64,000 bases of DNA, taken from assembly GCA_963783575.1 (NCBI GenBank), contig CAWAOD010000018.1:32001-96000 (forward strand). The letters are read 5' to 3'. The translations under genes and the position numbers were made by a program. Positions 1 through 8,924 of the stretch are shown here, piece by piece. The DNA comes from an uncultured Spirochaetota bacterium. GTDB lineage: Bacteria; Spirochaetota; Brevinematia; Brevinematales; JAOACQ01. The notes under the pieces were generated by a model that saw nothing but the letters and a program-made list of their open reading frames with translations, was not told where the DNA came from and made no database searches. The first letter of the stretch is position 1; each line of letters begins with the position of its first letter.

Positions 1-73
1 TTGAATGAGCTTGAGAAAAGGAATCTCGGAACACAAAAATATGTCATCGAGAAAATTCAGTAAGGCGGTAATT

Positions 74-616
74 ATGTATTTCGAAACCGAAGGACTGGTT
101 AATACTGAAAAAACCGTGGAACTTGCGAAACAAGCCACTGTTGAAAGAAATATCTCACATATTGTCGTAGCGACTTGCTCAGGAAAAACCGCGATGCTTT
201 TCAAGGGTATCAAAAATAAAGATATTGTCTGCGTTACACATGCGAACGGATTTGCGGAAAATGGCAGGAATGAAATGCCGGAAAATGTACGAAGAGAATT
301 GCTTGACGCCGGTTTTAAAGTTTTTACTGCAACGCATGTTCTAAGCGGAGCGGAAAGAGGCCTCAGCAAAAAATTCGGTGGAATATATCCTGTTGAGATC
401 ATTGCGAATGCTCTTAGAATGTTCGGGCAGGGGGTTAAAGTCTGCGTAGAGATAGCGGTAATGGCCCTCGACGCCGGTCTTATCCCGTACAATGAACCGG
501 TCATAGCCGTTGGCGGTTCCCGGGAAGGAGCCGATACCTGCGTTATAATCAAACCGTCGCATGCAAACAGCATCCTGGAAACAAGGATCCTTGAGATTAT
601 CTGCAAACCTCTATAA
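74..616 (+). CDS. Pyruvate kinase C-terminal-like domain protein (COG1751/MTH1675-like)
   Basis: YF..G..NT.KT, VVAT.SG.TA, VTH..GF, FGQG.KVCVEI..MA.DAG motifs; ATG at 74 after AAGGCGG preferred to TTG at 5. Confidence 0.85.
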   Translation: MYFETEGLVNTEKTVELAKQATVERNISHIVVATCSGKTAMLFKGIKNKDIVCVTHANGFAENGRNEMPENVRRELLDAGFKVFTATHVLSGAERGLSKKFGGIYPVEIIANALRMFGQGVKVCVEIAVMALDAGLIPYNEPVIAVGGSREGADTCVIIKPSHANSILETRILEIICKPL

Positions 617-671
617 TACAAACTGCTGAAGCATAATGATGGGTTTTATATTATCTCAAATGTATTATTGG

Positions 672-1298
672 TTAATTATTAAAGGTCAAGCGGCACGCTT
701 GTTTCGACATCCTGTAAAAAGAAAATAGTCTGCTCTTTTTTTCCCATTTTTGAATAAACCCATTATTTTTATAAAATAATACAGCTTTTTCATTATCGGT
801 TTCAACATCGAGTACCAGATTACATCAGTCTGAATTCACAACTTCTTTTTCAGCTTCCTTAATGAGTAGTTTTCCCGCGCCCATGCTCCTGTATTCAGGA
901 TCAACGGCGATATTGCTCAGGTAGTATTCTTTCTTATTAATCCGTCCAACCTGTTCATGTGCGATCAGGAGCCTGAATATTTTTCCTATAATTTTTAATT
1001 TCATGTGTTGTAAAAGTAAAAAAGCCGTATTAATTTCTTCTTTCTTTTTTATTTCAAAAGAATACCCAAGAATCATGCCAATAGTTTTTCCGTTTGATTC
1101 CAAAAAAGACACATGATCAAAACTGAATAAATTTCCCGGAAGACTGAACATTTTTTCAATTAAATTAACTGTACCAGTCCCGAATACATAAGGAAGAAAT
1201 TCAGGAGCCGAATAAATAATCAGGCGGCTGAAATCCCTGGCTTCTTCCGGTTGGGCTCTCCGAATTAAACAGTTATTAATAAAATCCTCTGTAATCAT
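672..1298 (-). pseudogene. GNAT acetyltransferase interrupted by in-frame TGA (825-827)
   Basis: YLSNIAV.PEYRSMGAG motif A; the same frame continues past the TGA as CNLVLDVETDNEKAVLFYKNNGF to TAA at 672. Confidence 0.8.
684..703 (+). repeat. Dispersed palindrome, empty copy GGTCAAGCGGCACGCTTGTT
   Basis: Identical 20-mer at 25792-25811; stem CAAGCG/CGCTTG with loop GCA. Confidence 0.85.
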
Positions 1299-1299
1299 T

Positions 1300-2859
1300 T
1301 TACATAAACTCTTCATCCTCGCCGAAAACCTGGGCCGAAAACCGGAAGATCTCAGTATTTTTGTCCAGATATTTATCCGGGGAAAGGCCAGCTTTACCGC
1401 AAAGCTCCTCAAGGTACGTTTTCAAATCCCAGCCCCATTCAAGCGGTACCTGGGGAAGAAAAACTCCGGAATGATAGCCGTTCAATAAAAACAGCCCATC
1501 CCTGCCAATCTTAATTTCATCAAGGGATTTTATCTTAACAAGTGGAGTCATAATGGAAATTTCTATTTTTATGGAATCCAGTTCATCCTTCGTTACACTG
1601 GAAAACCTGGGGTCCTTTGAGCATGAATTAATTGTGTTTGATATTACAGATTGAAAAAGAGGGCCCATTCCCTCAATAAAGCCTATACAGCCCCTTAACT
1701 CATCGTTTTTTTTAATTGTCACAAAAACGCCCAGGTTCTGCTTGAGGTTATCGCTGATTTTGAACGATTTTAGATCATTGATTGTGAATTTTGAGATGGA
1801 ATTACCGATAAATTCCGTCATAACATATCTTGATAGCTTTAACAAAGTTTTTTCCTCATCTTCATTTATAAGTTTATTATCAATAACGGGTTTTGGTATG
1901 CTTTTTTCAGATATTTGTTTTATATCTCCAAATAAAATAGCAGCATAACTGACACTCTGATCAAAATCCCCGGTCAGTTCCCCACTAGTTGTATATTTCA
2001 GCAGGACACCGTTATTGGTGAATTTACAGGCATTAAGAATCTTGAGCATTAGGGCGATCGGATTGGCTCCGCAAATCGTAGCCCCGGATTCTTTAACATA
2101 ATTAAGAAATCCCGCCGAATCAAGCCTCGTGATATAATCGACAGCCTTTAAATCAATCGCCCTGATGCCTTCACGTTTGTTCAAACTGCCGAAATCCGGA
2201 GTATAACCGAAAGAACTGCCGTAATGAGTAAAATCCGAACTGGCTATAATAACGGTTTTATCATCAGAGATTTTTGATATCGCTGCGGCTGTTTTTTCCA
2301 TATCCTTTGCCGACATATCCCCGACAATAATGGGAACAAGCCTGGCGGATGGAGCCGCTTTCAATAGAAAAGGTATCTGGACTTCATCGCTATGTTCGCG
2401 GGTTGATGCGGTTTCATTAACTACTATTGGAAATATTTCTTTTTTCAGGGCGTCTATGGCCGTTTTATCCGTAAAATAGACCCCTGAAGGGGTCTGGTAG
2501 GGCTTTTCATTGATTACAACCCCGTTCAGATAGGCATAGTGAGATGTCGCAAGAAGAATTATCCTCGAAACCGGCTTTCCCATCAAAGATGAATACGCGT
2601 AAGCCGCTGTTTCGCCGCTATATATATAACCAGCATGAGGAACAATAATTGCTTTCGGTACGGCATTGATTCCCAGTTTAACTCTGTTGAAATAATGATC
2701 AAGCATTTTTTTTATTGATTCTTTATTGGCCGGATAAAAAGAACCCGCATATCTTGGCTGGCGGTAATCCCCCCTGGAACTAAAATCTGCTGAAGTGCCG
2801 CCGTCAAAAATTGAAAGTGTAATTATTATTCCAAAACCGTTATTATTAAAAATATTCAT
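1300..2859 (-). CDS. amrB: AmmeMemoRadiSam protein B (MEMO1) - protein A (AMMECR1) fusion
   Basis: AGSFYP, PHAGY.YSG, EHS.EVQ.PF, SSDFTHYG, TICG (MEMO) followed by GVFVT, LRGCIG, FLPQV, KAGL (AMMECR1). Confidence 0.9.
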   Translation of the reverse strand: MNIFNNNGFGIIITLSIFDGGTSADFSSRGDYRQPRYAGSFYPANKESIKKMLDHYFNRVKLGINAVPKAIIVPHAGYIYSGETAAYAYSSLMGKPVSRIILLATSHYAYLNGVVINEKPYQTPSGVYFTDKTAIDALKKEIFPIVVNETASTREHSDEVQIPFLLKAAPSARLVPIIVGDMSAKDMEKTAAAISKISDDKTVIIASSDFTHYGSSFGYTPDFGSLNKREGIRAIDLKAVDYITRLDSAGFLNYVKESGATICGANPIALMLKILNACKFTNNGVLLKYTTSGELTGDFDQSVSYAAILFGDIKQISEKSIPKPVIDNKLINEDEEKTLLKLSRYVMTEFIGNSISKFTINDLKSFKISDNLKQNLGVFVTIKKNDELRGCIGFIEGMGPLFQSVISNTINSCSKDPRFSSVTKDELDSIKIEISIMTPLVKIKSLDEIKIGRDGLFLLNGYHSGVFLPQVPLEWGWDLKTYLEELCGKAGLSPDKYLDKNTEIFRFSAQVFGEDEEFM

Positions 2860-2910
2860 TTCAGCCTCCCTTTTTATTTTTTCGAAGGCGGATATAAAAT
2901 ACAGGTTTTG

Positions 2911-4701
2911 TCATTTTCTCTTGAATCTCATGCCAAGTAAAGTCATATTATCTTTATTGAGGGATACTGTATCTCCTGTACCCCAGATTACCGCTGAATT
3001 ATCATCCACCGGTTTTAACAAAGCAATGTCCCTTCCGAATAATTTTAATTTAACCCAGCCATCTTCAATACTGAAATTTATAGTCATATTTTTTGGAAAT
3101 ATCAAATCAGGCAATTTATATTTCCCCTCCTGAACTATCCAATTTCCAGTATAATTTGAATATTCGGCAGGTATATCGCTTTTCTCGGATTTTTCCATGA
3201 TAACCTTTAGAGGTAAGTTACCGAATATTAAAGTACCTTCAATAAAATTATTCCCCAATGAATTCGTATAAAATTCAAGGTAAATTTTTTTTGCTTCAAT
3301 AAATCCAGCCGGATCAATTTCACCAAAAAGATTTACAATAGGAAAGAATTCATTCCCTATTCCATGCCTGAGAATAAATTCCTGTCCAAAGAGACTGCCA
3401 TATAATCCGCCATTCTTCTGATAAACATCAAAAGCTAAAAAATTCATGGAACAATATTTACCTATTAAACTTTGAATTGAATCTGTAGCAGAGGTATTCA
3501 ACGAATTGCTCAAATTTTCATCCTCAATAACCGGTGAACCTTTTTTCGCCTCAAGAAAGTATTTAAAAGCGGTTGATACTATGTAATATTTAGCCAATCC
3601 GGCATAAAGAGAATTTCCTAAAACAAAAATGCCGATTTTTCTATCTGGAGAAAAAGCGATTTCGCATGCATATCCGGGTAAATCACCCGAACGGGAAATA
3701 ATATTTTCCCCTGAATATTTATACATATCTAAAGTCCAGCCCATACAGAAATCCTGCTTCTGCCCGTAATAATTATCAATAAGCAAATTTGAGGACATCA
3801 TCTCAGAAAAATCATTATTCCCGATGCCGTATTTCGAATTTGTTTCTTTATTATCGACAAGAAATTTTAAATACTCGGTCATATCCGAAAAAGTCGAGAA
3901 TAAATTTAAAGACGGTTTGTCCCTTATATCAATATTGGAAACCGTTTGATTCCCCATATAACCGGTTGAAAGAAAGCGATTTACATTTAAATTGGTAATA
4001 AATGAACTGTTTAAAAGATTAAGTGGTTTAAGGATTTCTTCCTGCATATAAACATTAAAATTTTTCTTTGTTATCCTTTCAATGATTATTCCAAGAAGAG
4101 TATAATCCAGTGATGTATATTGAGACGCCGAACCTGGCTGAAAATTCAAATACTCATTAGCCAGAATAGATAAAATCTCCTGGTTTTTTTGTACTTTATC
4201 CGACATCCAGCCAGGCCAGTAATTCGCTGTAATGCCGGAATGGTGGCACAATAGATCCAAAACCGTTATAGATTTTGTAGTTAAAAACCTGGATTTGATT
4301 GTAAATTCAGGGATGTATTTGGAAACGGGAGCATTAATGTCAATTTTCCCGGCTCTTACAAGTTTTACTACCGCGAGGGCAGTCAGGGTTTCGGAAACGG
4401 CGCCGATCCGAAAGAATGTATTAACGGTTACAAATGACTTAAATTTCCTGTCGGAATACCCATAACATTTATTAAAAATTATATCGCCCTCATCTACAAC
4501 CGAGACTGCCAGTCCATCGAGTTTATATTTATCAATTGCCGTTTTCACAGTATTATTAAGGAATGCAATTGCTGTACTGTATTTATACCTTTTTGAAACA
4601 ACAACAGGAGGCTGTTTGACAGGTGCGGACGGGCAGCCGGTAATTATTATTATGCTGAAAAGAATTATTAATCCGGATTTAGCGAACCTTAATATCTGCA
4701 T
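2911..4701 (-). CDS. Beta-lactamase/serine-hydrolase-fold lipoprotein with degenerate catalytic motif
   Basis: Lipobox IITGC; FRIGAVSE in place of FRIGSxSK; LL.HHSG, LLG.IIE..T, ILKPL motifs. Confidence 0.8.
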   Translation of the reverse strand: MQILRFAKSGLIILFSIIIITGCPSAPVKQPPVVVSKRYKYSTAIAFLNNTVKTAIDKYKLDGLAVSVVDEGDIIFNKCYGYSDRKFKSFVTVNTFFRIGAVSETLTALAVVKLVRAGKIDINAPVSKYIPEFTIKSRFLTTKSITVLDLLCHHSGITANYWPGWMSDKVQKNQEILSILANEYLNFQPGSASQYTSLDYTLLGIIIERITKKNFNVYMQEEILKPLNLLNSSFITNLNVNRFLSTGYMGNQTVSNIDIRDKPSLNLFSTFSDMTEYLKFLVDNKETNSKYGIGNNDFSEMMSSNLLIDNYYGQKQDFCMGWTLDMYKYSGENIISRSGDLPGYACEIAFSPDRKIGIFVLGNSLYAGLAKYYIVSTAFKYFLEAKKGSPVIEDENLSNSLNTSATDSIQSLIGKYCSMNFLAFDVYQKNGGLYGSLFGQEFILRHGIGNEFFPIVNLFGEIDPAGFIEAKKIYLEFYTNSLGNNFIEGTLIFGNLPLKVIMEKSEKSDIPAEYSNYTGNWIVQEGKYKLPDLIFPKNMTINFSIEDGWVKLKLFGRDIALLKPVDDNSAVIWGTGDTVSLNKDNMTLLGMRFKRK

Positions 4702-4794
4702 TAAAATCCTCTGACATATTTCTCATTTATAATATTAGTTAAAGATCGTGAATATTTCAAAATTAATGTTACAATTATTTTGATTAGTGAATGT

Positions 4795-6255
4795 TTATGA
4801 ACCGATAGTTACTTTAACTTTTATACCAGTGCCCACGGGCATCAATATAAAACCTTCTTTGGCATTGAACTTATCCCAGTCTTTTCCGTTGATTTCAACT
4901 TTTTTGATAACAACACCGGGACCTTCCACAGGAATTACAAAATGTTTCTCATTCTCATGATCTGAAGACAGACTGAAAAAGAGTTCCGCATCCCGATGGT
5001 TGACATATAGATTCAGATAAAGATAATTATACAGGGCGTGTTCCATTGTATGATAAGCCGATTTATAAAGGTTCCCTTTATACACTTCATTCGGTCTTCC
5101 ATTCCTTAAAGTATTTGGATAACAATCTCCATATTTATGGTCAATTAAAAATTTATCCCAGAAATAGGCATTTTCCTCAAAATACTGTAAATAATTCTGA
5201 TTGGTGCTAAACCGGTAGAGATTAAGCATTATAAAATCGCCTTCACACTGAGTCCACCAGTCTTTCACATCTCTTACAGATTCAGGGTTGTTTTCCCGGA
5301 ACTGGAATAACCATCCGAAATTTTTATTATCCCAATTATATTTTATTTGAGCTTCGGCAATTTTATCGGCCGCATCGGAATATTTCCGGTCACCGGTCAG
5401 CCAGTATGTTCTCATAAGAACCCAGGCAGTCTTCAGGTTATGCCCAACCCATAGCCAGGGATCGATTGATTTCCAGCCGCCGCTGAATGACTCCCCGACA
5501 AATCCGGTATCCGGGTTTATCATATAATTTACAGCAGTATCGGCAATTTGGGTTAGATCTTTTAAAATGGCCGGATCTTTTACGGCCAAATAATAATAGA
5601 TCAGATAAGCCGAGCATGTATCGATCTCGGCATTGAAAGATTTCCTTTCATCAATTATGCTCCAGTCAGGACCGACTTCCGCAAAGTAACCTCCGTTTTT
5701 TTTATCCCAGGCTTTTGTCTGCATTAATTTATGAGTTTTTTCAACATAAGAGAGCGCATTTTTATTATGAGTGGCAAAATAGAAAATCACCGGTCCAAGA
5801 TTGCCGTAAGTTTCATCAAAAAGGTCTTTTGAAGTTATCAGAGGTTTGTTATTGGAATCTATATAATTATACCATCCTCCGTTTTGTTCGTCCCAGCCGT
5901 AATTGGTAAGATATTCCAGGCCGTTTTCAGCAAGCTCAAGGTATTTATCGTCACCGCTTAAAAGATAAGCAACGGTAAATCCATATACAGCCCTGGAAAG
6001 CATCCTCGGGTATTTACCCCTTTCATGGCCAATGGAACCGTCCCGGTTTATATCTGTAAAAAATCCGCCGTTTGTTTTATCGGCCGTTTTTTCCCAGATT
6101 GGTATAATATCATTTAAAGCCTGGTTTTTCCAGTAATTTGCCTCAAGATAAGGCTTGAAATCAATATCTTTCTTTTCAGACACGGTATTAAAACAGGAAG
6201 ACATAAAAAACGCCAAAGAAATACATATCAAACCATTGAAAAATATTTTTGTCAT
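4795..6255 (-). CDS. AGE-family (N-acylglucosamine/cellobiose 2-epimerase-like) lipoprotein
   Basis: D..NGGF, WD..NGG, GHN, WWTQCE, K.AYH motifs; lipobox FMSSC; ATG at 6255 after GGAGG. Confidence 0.8.
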   Translation of the reverse strand: MTKIFFNGLICISLAFFMSSCFNTVSEKKDIDFKPYLEANYWKNQALNDIIPIWEKTADKTNGGFFTDINRDGSIGHERGKYPRMLSRAVYGFTVAYLLSGDDKYLELAENGLEYLTNYGWDEQNGGWYNYIDSNNKPLITSKDLFDETYGNLGPVIFYFATHNKNALSYVEKTHKLMQTKAWDKKNGGYFAEVGPDWSIIDERKSFNAEIDTCSAYLIYYYLAVKDPAILKDLTQIADTAVNYMINPDTGFVGESFSGGWKSIDPWLWVGHNLKTAWVLMRTYWLTGDRKYSDAADKIAEAQIKYNWDNKNFGWLFQFRENNPESVRDVKDWWTQCEGDFIMLNLYRFSTNQNYLQYFEENAYFWDKFLIDHKYGDCYPNTLRNGRPNEVYKGNLYKSAYHTMEHALYNYLYLNLYVNHRDAELFFSLSSDHENEKHFVIPVEGPGVVIKKVEINGKDWDKFNAKEGFILMPVGTGIKVKVTIGS

Positions 6256-6276
6256 TACCTTTACCTCCAAAAATTC

Positions 6277-7467
6277 CTATTCCAGGGCATAAACTGTGCC
6301 TCTTGTTGTTCCGAAATAAATAACTCCCTTATCAATAAAAGGAGACGATATAATTTGCCCATCCGCGCTGAAGCTGAACTTTATTTTCCCCGACTTCCTT
6401 TCCAGCGCATAAAGTTTACCGCTGCCTGGAGTTTCACTAGAAGCTTCACTGGTTCCAAAATAAACCAGGTTGCCGCTTATAACCGGTGATGAAAATATAT
6501 ATTCAAAATACAACGGTCTTTCCCATATTATTTTTCCGTTATCAGCATTTAAAGCGGCAAATTCCTTTGGATCGGCGAAACTTAAATACAAAACACCGTC
6601 AAATAACACCGGCGATGAAGTTACCCATCCCCTGATCATTTTAAATTCCCAGATTTGATTTCCTGTAATTGCGTCAAGTGAGTGGATACGCCAATCCATG
6701 CCTCCAAAGACTATATTATCACCAACAATAACTGGTGTTGTGTAGATTAAACTATAAGTGTCGAATGTCCAGACCTGTTTCCCGTTTTTTGAATTTAATG
6801 CATAAAATGTACCGTATGAATTACCGAAATAAACCATGTCATTCGCAATAACAGGTGTGCAGAAAATCCCGAATAATGCATTAATTCTCTTATGCACCGT
6901 TGAATACCGCCAGGACATTTTACCACTGTCTTCTTTAAGGCAATATAAAGAACCATCCGGACTGCCGAAATAAACTCTACCTGAATATACTACAGGAGAT
7001 GACACATATAGATACTTATAAAAATAATCGTAATTTATTTCCGGATTTACTGATCCGGTTTTAAATATCCAGATTAAATTCCCTGTTTTAGCATCCAGAG
7101 CATATAGATTTGAATCGCCGCTTAAGAAAAAAACCCGGTTTGACAATACTGCCGGAGTGGATGATATTTCCCCACCTGTTCTGCTCTTCCATATCAATTC
7201 GCCGTTGCCGGGATTCAGGCAATAAAGGCATCCGTCATCGCATCCGATATAAAGTCTTTCATCATAAATAACCGGGGAAGACTTTATAGAACCGCCGGCC
7301 TGAAAAGCCCAACGTAAACGATGTATGGTTTCAGGGCCGGATAAAAAAACCCTTGCCTTTGAGATTTGATAAGGAGAATTCTCAACTTCCCCTCCAAAAA
7401 TAAAAACTGAAATCATAACAAATCCAATCAATAAAACAAATCTGACCGGACTATCATTTTTCCACAT
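6277..7467 (-). CDS. PQQ-like/BamB-type beta-propeller repeat protein, probably exported
   Basis: Repeated SSP.....VYFG..DG.LYAL...G...W units; hydrophobic N-terminus. Confidence 0.85.
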   Translation of the reverse strand: MWKNDSPVRFVLLIGFVMISVFIFGGEVENSPYQISKARVFLSGPETIHRLRWAFQAGGSIKSSPVIYDERLYIGCDDGCLYCLNPGNGELIWKSRTGGEISSTPAVLSNRVFFLSGDSNLYALDAKTGNLIWIFKTGSVNPEINYDYFYKYLYVSSPVVYSGRVYFGSPDGSLYCLKEDSGKMSWRYSTVHKRINALFGIFCTPVIANDMVYFGNSYGTFYALNSKNGKQVWTFDTYSLIYTTPVIVGDNIVFGGMDWRIHSLDAITGNQIWEFKMIRGWVTSSPVLFDGVLYLSFADPKEFAALNADNGKIIWERPLYFEYIFSSPVISGNLVYFGTSEASSETPGSGKLYALERKSGKIKFSFSADGQIISSPFIDKGVIYFGTTRGTVYALE

Positions 7468-7641
7468 TTCAATTCTCCTACGTGACCCCTGAATAATTTA
7501 TTGTTATTAATATTTATAAAATCCCGTTTCTATTGAATTACGGACGCCTGTTTCTGCGGAATTTGTTTATAATATTCTAGCAATAGTATGTTTGAATTAC
7601 AATAGTCCAATAAGCTCATTTTAATAAAATCCTATGAACTT

Positions 7642-8565
7642 TCAGATCATCATTTTATTCATAAGTTCTACACGGCTCTGGGCGCCAGTTTTCTTATAAA
7701 TATTGTAGATATGGTTTTTAACCGTGATGGATGAAATATAAAGCATTGAAGCTATTTGTTTATTTGAATATCCCTTAGCTAACAAACTGATCATCTCTCT
7801 TTCTCTTTCAGTAATCCCATATTTTTCAAGAAATGATTTAGTCGGGTGGATATCAACCGGCTGTTCTGATTTAAAATATAAAGATTTTCCCGCAATAATG
7901 ATGAAGATGAGGTTCATAGTAAAGTATAGAAAATTCAGAGAAGATATAGGCCCGAGAAAATATATCCGCTGAATGTCATTATTCCATAAAAACTCCAGGA
8001 TAAATAAAGGTATAAAAAATCCGGCAACTGTAAAGAATGATTTTAAAATGATTTTTTTTCCACTTTCTCTGATTTTTTTATAATTAATAATAGAAATCAA
8101 AAGCGAAAAGGATAATATTCCAATGAATAACCAGTTAACCGATTTAAAGCAGATAAGGCTTGCTCGCCAGAAATCAATCAGGGTTTCAGTAAAAGCCGCG
8201 GGGACAAAAGTTGAAACAATCGCAAGAACAGAAAATATGATAAAAATAATTTTCCTGAAATAAGTAAAATTTTTTTCAAGCAGATTGTAAACGATTAAAG
8301 GAATCAGGTAATATAAACCGGCATAAGAGCAATTATATAGCAAAATTCTGGAAATTTGATCAAAGGATGGAAATCTATTCATAAAATATACACGGAAATA
8401 TTCAAAATTTTCTAGGAATAAAAGCAATGTTAAATCAAATAAAAACAAAATATAATAAAGGAAAGTCCTATTTCTGAACCTTATATATGATATGACTGCC
8501 ATAAAAAGTGAAGCAAAACTTGTGGAGCAGGATAAAATATAACAGAAAAGTGTAAAATATCTCAT
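7642..8565 (-). CDS. Membrane-embedded LuxR-family transcriptional regulator
   Basis: About 7 hydrophobic segments, then ITEREREMI.LL.KG.SNKQIA..L.IS..TVKNH..NIY.K HTH. Confidence 0.85.
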   Translation of the reverse strand: MRYFTLFCYILSCSTSFASLFMAVISYIRFRNRTFLYYILFLFDLTLLLFLENFEYFRVYFMNRFPSFDQISRILLYNCSYAGLYYLIPLIVYNLLEKNFTYFRKIIFIIFSVLAIVSTFVPAAFTETLIDFWRASLICFKSVNWLFIGILSFSLLISIINYKKIRESGKKIILKSFFTVAGFFIPLFILEFLWNNDIQRIYFLGPISSLNFLYFTMNLIFIIIAGKSLYFKSEQPVDIHPTKSFLEKYGITEREREMISLLAKGYSNKQIASMLYISSITVKNHIYNIYKKTGAQSRVELMNKMMI

Positions 8566-8630
8566 ATAATACCTTTACAAACATGCCCCATAATTTCGGC
8601 AGATGACCATGTGAAAAAGTATCTTATTTA

Positions 8631-8654
8631 TCATTTCGAGTGAAGTCGAGAAAT
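8631..8654 (+). repeat. REP-like imperfect palindrome TCATTTCGAGTGAAGTCGAGAAAT
   Basis: Self-complementary; lies in an intergenic region that is GC-richer than its neighbours. Confidence 0.45.
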
Positions 8655-8879
8655 ACAATTTATCATATAAAACAAATACATACACCGATGGAGTTCATAC
8701 CAAGATTGCCGAGGTGCCTGGGATGAATATAGAATTTTCACACAGCCGGCAGACACAATACAAAATGACCTTAGGACAGATAAAATGGAATTTCTTGGTA
8801 AAAGTTAAATTCTATATCAATATCTCAACAGTTTATTTTGCATTAAAACCATAATTTTATCAAGAAATAAGGACTCCAT

Positions 8880-8907
8880 AAAAAAAGGCGGCTATTAAAG
8901 CCGCCTT
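8880..8907 (-). terminator. Rho-independent terminator of hppA
   Basis: AAGGCGGCT/AGCCGCCTT stem followed by a T-run on the minus strand. Confidence 0.8.
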
Positions 8908-8924
8908 ATATTTCAAAAATTGAA

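Noticed and set aside
825..827. Genome-wide TGA reassignment
   Set aside because: TGA ends full-length genes here (e.g. 13676, 17396, 61046) and Trp is encoded by TGG.
8684..8730. Fluoride riboswitch-like GATGGAGTTC
   Set aside because: No P1 pairing or downstream TGAYTCC pseudoknot partner, and it is on the wrong strand for the neighbouring genes.
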